The position numbers were made by a program, and so were the translations under genes. The notes beneath the pieces were generated by a model. It searched no databases. It was given only the letters and a program-made list of their open reading frames with translations, and had not been told where the DNA came from. Positions 1 through 10,195 of a stretch of DNA of 64,000 bases are shown piece by piece. The stretch's first letter is position 1, and every line of letters starts with the position of its first letter. The DNA comes from Neodothiora populina (lineage: Eukaryota), in assembly GCF_041146345.1 (NCBI RefSeq), contig NW_027191406.1, positions 186,001 through 250,000 of the forward strand. Reading direction: 5' to 3'.

Positions 1-51
1 TCGAAATTGTGACTGGAGACAAAGGAAGAATGTCCACGACCTCTAATCCAC

Positions 52-1417
52 TCAATCCCAAACTCCCAGCGTCGAGTCCGGTGCTCGCTGCCTGCGCGGA
101 TTTCTACCTTCAATTTCACGAATCAAGTCGTTCCGTATGCATCTGATCATACTGTTCATGATATCTCTAGTATGTAAATAGCTAGCTTCATTGTCATGTG
201 ACATTCGGAGTGGCGGAGACCAGTTCTTCCACAGGTTGTTGTGACCAGGGCGAAGGGCAAAGTTGCCTGGGTGGAAACGCATGTACAGGCTGCAGCAGTA
301 GCAAGATGGCTTACTACAACCGATGTAACGTTCATCGAACACGAATCGTAAGTTTCGAGAGTGAAAATGCTCCATCAGAAATACTTCGGCATGCACTCTG
401 GGTATGAATGTTTTGCTTTCGTACATCTCTCTAAACCATAGGGCTACGCCGTCTCTCATGCTGGCCAGTGCAGAGCAGAGTTGCTCAACACGGTCTTGCT
501 GATCATGAGATACCATGCGCTTCAGGGCGCTTTCCAAAGTGGTCTTTTGATCTGGGGCGGGTGCTTTTGGTGCTGCTGGAATCTCAAGATACTTGACGGT
601 ATGACCGTCAACCCATGCTGGATACATCGAGATTGTATCAATGAGCGAGCACGAACTTCTATGCCAGCTTGAGAGGCGGCCGATACTATGTCGGATTCTC
701 GACCAGACTGAGCCCTCTCCGCTACTGCGGGCCAGGTTCGAGAGTGTCCCAAGCTTGCCAGATTCATGAAATACCGCAGCTCTGTGACAGAGTTCTTGGT
801 ACGTAAAGCTCTCCCAGGTAGACAATTGAAGGACCGTATCAAGATCATCTACTCTCGATGATGAGAAATTATTACATAAGTTGTTCGGATCATTGAGTTA
901 TTCGGATCATTGACTTACTCGATATCTGTGACATTGCTCCCGATTCACGAGCTTCCTTGACTGCGCCGCTGAGCTTTTTCGCGTAACTTACGGCTTTTTT
1001 CTTGCCGAACTTGATACATCTTCCGAGCATGATATTCTTTGCTACATCCTTCTCGTCTTCGGAGGCGTTGTTGAAGCTGGCAAGATGTTCCAACAGCCAG
1101 CGTAGGTGTCCGTTTTGCTTGGGAAGCCATCCAGCAAGCCAGAAGACGGGTCCTGCAGGTTTCGTTTCAACCGCAATGGAGCAAGTCGTCTTGCCACCAT
1201 TTTCGGGATCACACAGTTCGCAAAGATTGTCCAGGAATCTGCGCCAGTCCATTATCGTGTTGCCTCGCAGCTGTGTCGACGAGAAGTCAGGCTCGCCGGC
1301 ACCTCTATTCGGATTGATGATCGAGAGCAAGAGCAATGGCTCGTAGAACCGATGACGAAGCCTCTCGATGGGGTCAAGTCTGGGACGGCCAACTCTAGGG
1401 CTGGCTGTAGAAGTCAT
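52..1417 (-). CDS. OTT_1508-like Zn-dependent nucleic acid/nucleotide deaminase (2 exons; intron 849-918)
   Basis: C-terminal motifs RVHAEVFLMEHF and YIGCSKPSCYCC (HxE...PCxxC-type deaminase signature). A GTAAGT...TAG intron at 918-849 joins ORF 890..1417 in frame to ORF 52..825 (SQIS-N-DLDTVLQLSTW). Confidence 0.85.
884..917. repeat. 17-bp tandem duplication inside the deaminase intron
   Basis: ttcggatcattgagtta (884-900) followed by ttcggatcattgactta (901-917), one mismatch. Confidence 0.85.
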
Positions 1418-1586
1418 GTTGAAGGTTTCGATTATGTGGCAATCTGCTAAAGTAGAAGCAGCTTGATATATTGGGATATTGCCACCTATTCACAGGCATT
1501 ATAGACACCTCCAAGATCACCTAACATGACTGACACTTGAATCCTGATCCATGTTCTGCATGGCTCAGAGCCCTTGACGTCGCCGA

Positions 1587-2351
1587 TCAAGCGACTGTCA
1601 AGATATCTGCGATGACATGCCAGGGATAGCCCGCCAACTCATCCTGGACAGCGCATGAGAATCCTGTCAATGGAATAGACTTTACAGTGGGCAGGTTTTT
1701 TGATCCCCAATACCACACCGTCAGTCCAGCATCCCAGGATATACCTGAGCATGGAGCGGGTACATCCAGAATAATGCAATCGTTTGATCGCGGGCAGAAC
1801 CACCTGATGCTTGTCGACATATGTTTGAAGTCATGCAGCATCCCGTCCAAAGGGAGCGATAATTTGCCAAAGATCCGGATGTGGGGCTGATACACACCAG
1901 GTCCTTGATACAACTGACCTGGTCTTGCTTGTTGACGTGTAGTTCACATCTTCCACGATCCAACAAAAGCCTTGCAGATCGAAGTACGATATCCCGATCC
2001 ATGACTACCGTTCATAGACGTGTAAACAATGGAGGAACCACTCCTGTGCAGCAAATGTAGCATACCACTACAGTGGTACCACTGCAGTGGTAACGCGAAC
2101 CAAACGACAAGGTAGGCCTCATACTCCCCATGGCAGGAGGAATGATCCACCACCTCGAGCTCTACACGATGACCATACGACACGTCGAAGCCCGGCGCTA
2201 TTCTGCAATTGTTAGGATTGACCCTGAAGCGCCCTAATCCAGAGAATGCTTGCCTTTAGTAGGTCTTTTCGAAGATTCTGAAGGGCAAACAGACATAGAG
2301 CATAGCTGTCATTGACCAGTGTTGTTTGCAAGATGTGGTTGGGGTTAGCAT
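1587..2351 (-). pseudogene. Probable interrupted gene of unknown function (about 255 codons, 2 in-frame stops)
   Basis: ATG 2351, ORF 1944..2183 and ORF 1587..1913 all lie in one frame, broken only by TAA 2256-2258 and TGA 1944-1946. A TATA-like CTTATAAG lies just upstream, and there is a possible in-frame GC-AG intron (gcaagc...ctaacaattgcag). Confidence 0.45.
2063..2092. repeat. 30-bp near-perfect palindrome made of two overlapping 16-bp palindromic units
   Basis: taccactacagtggtaccactgcagtggta matches its reverse complement at 28 of 30 positions. Confidence 0.9.
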
Positions 2352-2862
2352 ACTGATGAGCTCTCTGTTCACCTTATAAGATGCTCCTCGAGGAACATCA
2401 GAGCTCGGGCGTCCCTTGTACGAGTATACCAACAGCGATTGGTCGTTGCGCTGTACTATGTATGCGACTTGCTAGATACCTCCCGTGCTTATGTTGAACG
2501 CCGATCCAGTCGCTTATATTTTTCATACCAGTCCATTGACAACTTTTAGGTGCCTTAGGCACCGAGACCCGACGTCTGCGCGCTTCGTGTCCGTTCGTAA
2601 TGCAATGCGTCCTTCCTTTCATTTCAGAAGTTCTCCCAATTTGGCTCAGAATTTTGGATCTTCGGCACTCTCACACGTATTGAACATCATTCTCTTGACG
2701 CTGGTTGACATTATACTATCCACGAATTGGGAAGCTATTTAGTCATATGAGTGAGCCTTGATTTATCTAGGACACGATTCCACTAAGAGCTCTTCGAGTT
2801 CGTGAGGAACGCTATCTAACGCTTAGGTATGGTACGTGTCATCCCGCTACGCTCCTTGACGA

Positions 2863-5152
2863 CTATCTGCGAAGGTCCTCCAGACTCTGATCCAGAACCT
2901 GCAATAACCCTCGTAAATGATTGCGCCTCTCTACGTTTCCATCTGGCTCTGCAGCGATGCTGCGGAGATCTTCTTCACTCAGCATGACCACAGTCTCAGG
3001 GCTGAAGACCTGCGAAAGACCCCGAAGCAGATGGCGTTCGATAACTTGTTTGCAGACATTGTCGACATATGTTTTGAGCGCAACCTACACAAATCAGTAA
3101 GGTCTCCAACCGAACCTAGCATTTTACTCGATGATGGACATACCTTGTAGTATGCATCGAGGCCTGCCAAAGCTTCCTCACATGCTTGGACATCCATATC
3201 GACGTTTATTCTATGCTGTAGTGAAGCAAGAAGCTTCTGACCGTCCACTGTGTTGTTGCTAACGTGCAGCTTACCGTTCCAATCCGTTTCTGTCGTCTCT
3301 TTCATGGCTTTCTCAATCGCTGCCTTGAGAGATGCTTGTCGAGACTTCTGAATATTATCAGTATAATAGTGATTGTAAGTTATTGGTTGCTGCCTCTCGT
3401 CTTCATGTAATTTGTCGAGCTCCTGCCGGGCAATTCTCAACTTTTCATTCAGGGACGAGAATATGATCTGTGCAACCTCTTCTCGCACAAGCTCCTCTTT
3501 AATGACATGACGCAAGGCTGCTTGCGTGAATCTCACAATGATTTCGTGGGTTCTGTCGAGATGTGCTCCAGCAATACTAGACCACATACTCGATTGCACG
3601 TGGAATAACTCCGACAGAAGCACATGGTTCGTATTACCTGGTAACTCTTTTCCTCTGTTCCTTCTGTAGGTCTACCGACCGTCAGCTTATTGGGAATATC
3701 CTGAGAGAGAGAAGGATCTCATACCTTGCTGACCCAGTCGATCATATGTTGCCTTGTGACTCTGACCTGGCTACAATCAGCTAAGCTCTCAGCCTCTGCC
3801 GATCCGTCAGCCACATCAGTATCGTAAACTGGTGGTGGAGATTCGCTGTATTCTCCGGGAACGTGGGCACTATCCGAGACCACCTTCCTCTTCGCGCCGT
3901 TGACACGCATATTTGCCGCGAACTCGATGTTCAGCTGATGTACCGTCGCTCTAAGCCTCGTGTCGTGATACCGCGAGTCACTTTCGACATGGGGAAAGAA
4001 GACTGGGTCACATTCATGGTATCCGCCGTTCGTGGCTGCAATACTAAGATTGTGAAATGTCATAGACAGGCGGGAAAGAAATCCTCGCATTCGTATGAAA
4101 TCCGGTCTCTCCTCACCCATACTTTGAAGTTGGCCCTCAGTCCGGCGCATGAGACTCTGGATCTCTTTACGCACTTTTGGCAGCTCGTGTTCTATGTGTC
4201 GATCTAAGAGCTGCTGGAGAAAAACTTGTAGCGATCTGATCCCAATTCTATCCGCATCCAGATCTTGCTCTCTCCATGGTGAGTTCTGGAAAAATGCAAG
4301 CTCTCTTCTGCGTCTTTCGTGGAGGTCAAGCCTCTGCTCCAGTTCTTTTGGGGTGGGATTCTTGAGCAGAAAAAAGCCAAGTTTGAGCTTGGTGGTATCC
4401 TGGTTTTTGGCAAGCAATGCGATCCTAGTCTCAGATCCTTCGTTGATGAGGTCTGGTTTAGTGATGATTCCAACTGTTCTTTTGCCCTCAGGATCAACTT
4501 TACGAGATTTGATGATGATGCTCTGATTGGCGATATCGTTTCCCGCTTGGACGACAGCGAGAATGATTGTTCTTGGGTTGGCAATGTATTTGTCCACCAG
4601 TTTGTGAACGACTTCGACGTCCTGCTCGGTCTGCTCTTCGTTCGGAACAAGTATGATACCGGGTAGGTCGACAACAGATAAGTGCAAGCCAACAGGGCCT
4701 GTGACCTCAACTCTGAAAAGATCGTCTGCAAAGGAAGGGCCCACAGTATTCTCTCCAAAACCTCTGATACCCATCAATACTCCCGCATCGTTAATCGCCT
4801 CTGGCAGGTCTGCAAAGCTCTCGAGCTGACGCCTGTAAGCTTGCATAGCGTCCGAAGTCGCCTCATCGCGAGTCTTGCAAGGAATGAGAGTGGCGATGAT
4901 CTGCAGATCCTCTCTGTCACTGTTTTGGAGCAGTATTTCGGTTCCGAACCGGGTACAGACACCATCCTGCCTCGGAAAGGGCAGACCGGTCAGCCCTTCG
5001 AGTACAGAACTTTTCCCAGCAGATTGATCACCAGAAACGACAAGTTGAGGAAGGTCAACATGATTGCCCACTCCACTGGCTCGCAGAGCAGCGATCTGTT
5101 CGAGTCGCAGGGATGATCGTTCCGAATGGAGAGCGGAAATTTGATGGTCCAT
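2863..5152 (-). CDS. Mx-like fungal dynamin-family large GTPase with middle and GED domains (exons 5152-3725, 3671-3144, 3084-2863)
   Basis: G1 GDQSAGKSSVLE, G2 CTRF, G3 DLPG, G4 TKPD, RGKELPG middle motif and GED-type AYYKVALKTYVDNVCKQVIERHLL. Both GT-AG introns restore the frame; stop TAG at 2863-2865. Confidence 0.92.
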
Positions 5153-5914
5153 CGTGTGACTGAGTTGTGCTTTGTGCTGTTCTTGATGTTTTCTTTCCTA
5201 GAAACCAGGTCTACCTATTTCGAGGAGATCCTAAGCCGCGGTGGCACTTGCGTTATATACCCATGCATCACCCTGAGGACAACGTCACGGTAAACCATTT
5301 CAATCTGAAAGAGATGCAACAGCAGCAGTAGTACTACAAACAACGTCAATACTGAACGGACGCGAAAGCTCCATACGACATTTTGGCATGATAGCTCATT
5401 TTCAGGTACCCAGTCATATTCACTTAGTAGAATAATACGCTACCAATCAGTGTCAACACAAAAAACGACGACGCTAAAATTTCAGACGACTATTTAGCTT
5501 GATAGTTCACCGTTGGATATCCAGTCACACTCAATGGACTGACAGCAATGTACTACCAAGCTGTACTGTAGATGATTTACGACTGTGGTCGTGATATACA
5601 GCACATATCGCTTCACAGCATGCCGGATTCAGGGGCGTTGTTGTTTTTGCCGCACTTTCCTGGACATCTTCTCGGGGTATAGCATGACCTTGCCTTGGAT
5701 CCCTGCCACATAAAACAGTGACCTTACTGGACCTTGCTGCAGTGGACAGGGACAGCTCTCAATCTGAGCTGCTGGTAGTGGTGCCACCATCGCCAGCTTG
5801 CTTCGTAGTGTAAGTTGCAAGCAGACTTATCAAACATCAACGTTCCCAGGTAGGTTCAAAAGGAAAACAAGATATGCAGTCGAGATCCAGCAGGTGCATG
5901 CATAGGCAAGAAGT

Positions 5915-5925
5915 AAAAGACAAAA
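5915..5925 (-). terminator. Pol III oligo-T terminator of the 5S gene
   Basis: Two T4 runs (TTTTGTCTTTT) on the minus strand starting about 6 nt after the 5S 3' end. Confidence 0.65.
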
Positions 5926-5930
5926 TGGAA

Positions 5931-6049
5931 ACGTACAGCAGCAGGGATTCCCACGTGGTCACCCACCGTAGTACTAATCTGCCGGTCAACTGCTTATGTC
6001 TGGCAGAGCGGACGGGATGCCCAGTTTTCAGCTGCCTGTGGCCGTACGT
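5931..6049 (-). rRNA. Dispersed 5S rRNA gene (119 nt, intact)
   Basis: Minus strand reads ACGTACGGCCACAGGCAGCTGAAAACTGGGCATCCCGTCCGCTCTGCC...TTAGTACTACGGTGGGTGACCACGTGGGAATCCCTGCTGCTGTACGT, with complementary termini and typical ascomycete 5S internal motifs. Confidence 0.96.
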
Positions 6050-6074
6050 GAAATATTGCTCGCACATTATGCAT

Positions 6075-6078
6075 TATA
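6075..6078 (-). promoter_or_regulatory. TATA element at -29 of the 5S gene
   Basis: TATA starts 29 nt upstream of the 5S +1, the position known for dispersed 5S genes in Neurospora. Confidence 0.6.
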
Positions 6079-6259
6079 TTCCTTGATTTACATGCAAAAC
6101 TCAAGGCAAGAGATCCTTCTCACACACCTTGGTCGACGAACAATATTGTGGCAAAAGAGGGCTTAACCTGTGCGACGAGATGTGAAGGTGAACGTAGATC
6201 CCCTACTCTCACCCAACCCGGTTTGACGATGAAAGTGCGAAGCTGATCAAGTCTTATTT

Positions 6260-7298
6260 TTACACTTTCTGAGGTTTTCTTGGTGGAGCGCCGCCAGTCA
6301 ACGGACGGGCAGTGCCAGTACTCGGTGCAGAAGTTGGCACTTCATCATCAGAATCAGACGCTCCGTCCTCAGACTGCCTCATTTGACGACGTCTTCCTTT
6401 GTCGTCCTGCTTGCGTAGTTCTAGTAGTCTTGCTCTGCATCCTTCCTTGTCGAAGTCTGCCGGCCAGCCGTAGTGGAAATAGGTATCGTAAATCTCCTTA
6501 GGTTCTCGTCAGAAACGGATGATTGGATATTCGTATGAGTCACTTACTGCAGTAGGTGAACAATGTGCAGCCAGATGAGGAGGCTCGCTGCTTGTATCAG
6601 GATGCCATTCTTCGAGATCGTGAGACAAGTTCATCTTCCTCCAGGCGGTTTCGAGCTCGGGTATAGAAACAGCCAGTTGTAGGACCACTTATCGCACTCG
6701 GCGACAGCATGTAGACGGGATTCTCATAGCGCAGCGTCCAGGCTCGGAAAAAGTCCGTTACTGGCAAAGTGAAGTGAGCTCTCCACTTGTCTGCTTCCGG
6801 GATGGTCTCATATTCTTCGTATGGGACATCTATTCGCCAGCCCCCGACGCTATACGCTGTCACGGTTCCTTCCGCTCCGTCAGTTTCAATATGACAATTG
6901 TCAGAATATATAAACTTGCCTCTCTCAGTGTCAAGAATAAGCGAGTAACCTTCGCGATCCACGCCTTCAGTCAAGTAAACACAATGGCTTGGCAGAGGAT
7001 ACACTTGGTCCATCACAGGCCTGCGCCAAAAGTCATCACCAGCATAGCAGATGGGCACCGTCTCATCTTGCACCAGGAGTCGTTCGTAATAGCCTTCAGC
7101 GAAAAGATATGGCAGGTGACGCAGCAGGTCGATGACGGTGTCGTTTTTTCCACACGCCTCAAGAGCTTCGGTAGCAAGCGAGTCACCCCAGCCGGTGGCG
7201 GGGGGGAGCTGCAGGGCGGATTCGTTCAGGTATGGATGCTTGATTATTTGTGTGTAGAAGGCTAGCACTGCTGATACTGTTTCGTCTCGCGAGTACAT
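6260..7298 (-). pseudogene. Conserved-looking fungal hypothetical protein with an apparent +1 frameshift near 6600-6690
   Basis: N-terminus MYSRDETVSAVLAFY...LPPATGW...DLLRHLPYL. GC-AG intron at 6869-6919. A GTAAGT intron at about 6499-6547 leads to a terminal exon EIYDTYFHYGWPADFDKEGCR...QKV* that is only reachable from the +1 frame. Confidence 0.55.
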
Positions 7299-7797
7299 GT
7301 TTTTTCTGCCATGTTCAATCACGATGATGACATGTTGTAGATCTACTGATGGAGACTTTTACGAAGGTGTAGACAATTTACATGCAGTGTTTGAGGTAGG
7401 CCAAACCCTAGGGATGGCGGGTGCATCGAGGAGGCTATATGCTTTCGGGTGTGTTGACTCCCGACGTGTAGCTAATCAACGCCGGGTATCCTGAAACCCA
7501 GATCTCGGATATGCTAGGTAGATGCATTCCTCTTGCAAGTGAGCAGTGTTGCAACAGATGTCCTCATGCTGGCCAGGTTTCTTCTCATGTTGGCCACCAA
7601 GTAACAGAACAGGTGTTGCACTGAGTCGCAGTATCAATATGAGGGGCAGGGCCGAGGTGCGGTGAGACGTCATTGTTGAAGCAGCAGCAGCGGGGAGGGA
7701 GGGACTGTTGTCTGGAGACAAATAACAACCACCGGCGGACAGGCATTCACAAGTAAATAACACAACAAAACACACAACCACAAACCCCGCAGCCGAA

Positions 7798-8892
7798 ATG
7801 CAGTCCGGAATATCAGGTATATCTTCCTCGCAGCCAACCAACGCCTCTCTATGCCATACTGACAAACACCCCCCAACCAGCCTCTCAAGAGCTCCACGAT
7901 GCCTTCAACACGCTCGTCTCCTCCCCCTCACAGCGCGGACTCCTAGCCACAATCGACAAGGAAACCCTCGTTCCAGCCCAAACAATCCCGGCCTCGTCGA
8001 CATTCACCTCCGACCTGAGCGAGCTGACTTCCCTGCTGACTCCCACCGCGGCGTCCTACATGCTGCTGAAACTCGACGGGTCGGCACCAGACGGCTACGT
8101 CGCCGTGACGTATGTGCCGGACACAGCGCCCGTGCGGCAGAAGATGCTGTTCGCGTCGACGCGGCTGACGCTGGTGCGAGAGCTGGGCGTCGAGCGCTTC
8201 AGAGAGACGCTGTTCGTCACTCGAGCCGAAGAGATGACGCCGGAGGGGTGGGCGAAGCACGAAGCGCACACGAAGCTCGCGGCGCCGCTCACCGACGAGG
8301 AGGAGGGGCTGAAGGGGATCAAAGAGGCCGAGGCGCAGGAGAGTGGAGGCACGGGTGCGAGGAAGAGGATTGGCGGTGGGGGCATTGGGTTGGAGGCTGG
8401 GGAGGGTGTGCTCGGTGCGCTGGAGAGCTTGAAGGAGGGCGCCGAGGGCGAGTTGGTTATGATTGTGAGTTTACGGGTGTAATACAAGAAAGAGAAAAGA
8501 AAATGCTAATTAACGAAACCCAGAAAATCGACGTCTCGACCGAAACCCTCCAGCTTGACTCGACGGCGTCCAACGTGAGCCCCTCCGAGATCAGTTCCAG
8601 AATCTCCGACTCGGAGCCCCGATACAGCTTCTACAACTACCCCGGCGTGCAAGGGCTGGTCTTCATGTACAGCTGTCCGACCGCCAGCAAGATCAAGGAG
8701 CGCATGGTCTACGCGGCGAGCAGAGCCAGGATCCTGAGTCTCGCTGAGCAAGAGGCTGGTCTGACTATCAGCAAGAAGCTAGAAGCTACCAGTCCGACCG
8801 AGTGGACCGAGGACGTCCTCTCGTCCGAGTTTGCTGAGAAAAAGGTCGTCGAGAAGGGCTTCGCTAGACCGAAGCGACCTGGCAGGAAATAG
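7798..8892 (+). CDS. TWF1: Twinfilin (two ADF-H/cofilin domains; 3 exons)
   Basis: MQSGISASQELHDAF start, YVPDTAPVRQKMLFASTRLTLVRELG, CPTASKIKERMVYA and C-terminal GFARPKRPGRK. Confidence 0.95.
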   Translation: MQSGISGISSSQPTNASLCHTDKHPPTSLSRAPRCLQHARLLPLTARTPSHNRQGNPRSSPNNPGLVDIHLRPERADFPADSHRGVLHAAETRRVGTRRLRRRDVCAGHSARAAEDAVRVDAADAGARAGRRALQRDAVRHSSRRDDAGGVGEARSAHEARGAAHRRGGGAEGDQRGRGAGEWRHGCEEEDWRWGHWVGGWGGCARCAGELEGGRRGRVGYDCEFTGVIQEREKKMLINETQKIDVSTETLQLDSTASNVSPSEISSRISDSEPRYSFYNYPGVQGLVFMYSCPTASKIKERMVYAASRARILSLAEQEAGLTISKKLEATSPTEWTEDVLSSEFAEKKVVEKGFARPKRPGRK

Positions 8893-9111
8893 ATGTTGAA
8901 AACACCATCATCAAGTAGGTAGATTACCACTCGTAGATTGTATGAGGAACATAAAAAATAAAGTTGTAGATGCCACGGCTACCAATGTCTGCTGCTTTTC
9001 TCTGACTCGCAACCTTGCACAGAACCGACATGTCAAGCAAAGAAATCATCGGTGCTGCGCTTTATCGTCCGATCACACAAAACGCAAAGACAAATCCCCA
9101 GAAAGCTACCG

Positions 9112-10195
9112 CTACTCTTCATATTTGCCTCCAGGAAGCGTTTCCCTGCCCTTCTCTAGTGCGTCCTTCAAGAACTCATACACAGCAAAAGTGACGGCTT
9201 GACCAGGCGCAACACGCATCACACGCGGCGTGATGCCCATCCAGAAAGCTCTGATACCCTCTTGCTTCCACATCTGCGAGCCGATATTGACGATACGACC
9301 CATGGCTGTCTCGCCAGGAAGGGATGGCGTCTTTTGCAGTCTCGTCTTGATCGTGTCGATGGGAGCGTTCGAGAAGGGACCTACAGCGCCCGACACGAGG
9401 CCGATCAGCGCAGTCTGCCAGCCAGGCAATGTCTTGCTGGGGTCATCCGACTTGTTCTGCAGCCACGACTTAAGCTCGGCATAAGCGGTGAAGTTGGCCG
9501 CTTGATTCGTGCCCTGGCGCAGAGCCGTCAGACTGACACCGCGGTAGAGCGCGCCCACTCCCTCTTCCTTGACGACCGTGTACAAAGCGTGCGCCGCGTT
9601 GCGGTATTTCGGAATGTCGAGCGGGTCCGCCATGCTGTGGTGTTGTGCCTGCAGACGGATCTTGATCACTTCCATGGGCGTCACCACGGCCACGGCTTCT
9701 GTGACTCCGGCTGACAGACCGGCGAGGAATGTCGATCGTGAGGACACGCCGCCGTTGGGGTCCGCGAGCAGTTGCTTGTACCATTCGTATGATGTGAAGC
9801 GGATCGCCATCTTCGGCACGATACCCGTCAAGACGGCGCCGAGGCCTTTGTAGAGACCCAAGGGCGTTTCACGTTTCACAATGCTGGCTCCCGTTGCAAG
9901 GAAACCCCGTCTTTTCGTCTGTGACTAGGTTAGTACTTCAGAGCTCATACTTTTGTGAACAAGCATCATACCCCTGGTGCGCGAGCTCTTCGTGACAATT
10001 GCATGCGGACTTTGATTGTATCTACGAGACCGACTTGTCAGCATGCGGCGTCCAAGTCCACGGCGATAAGAAGTGCTCACCGAGAGGATGACACGCCAAT
10101 GCCTCCATCATGCCAGCTCCTCCACCAGCGATTAGATTCGTGGCTGCGGAAGCTGGTTTCCTCCCACCAGGGCCTTGCGTTGATTTGGCAGACAT
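9112..10195 (-). CDS. SFC1: Mitochondrial succinate-fumarate carrier (multi-exon)
   Basis: NLIAGGGAGMMEALACHPL, GIVPKMAIRFTSYE, PMEVIKIRLQAQ, RQGTNQAANFT and GITPRVMRVAPGQAVTF carrier repeats. Confidence 0.93.
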
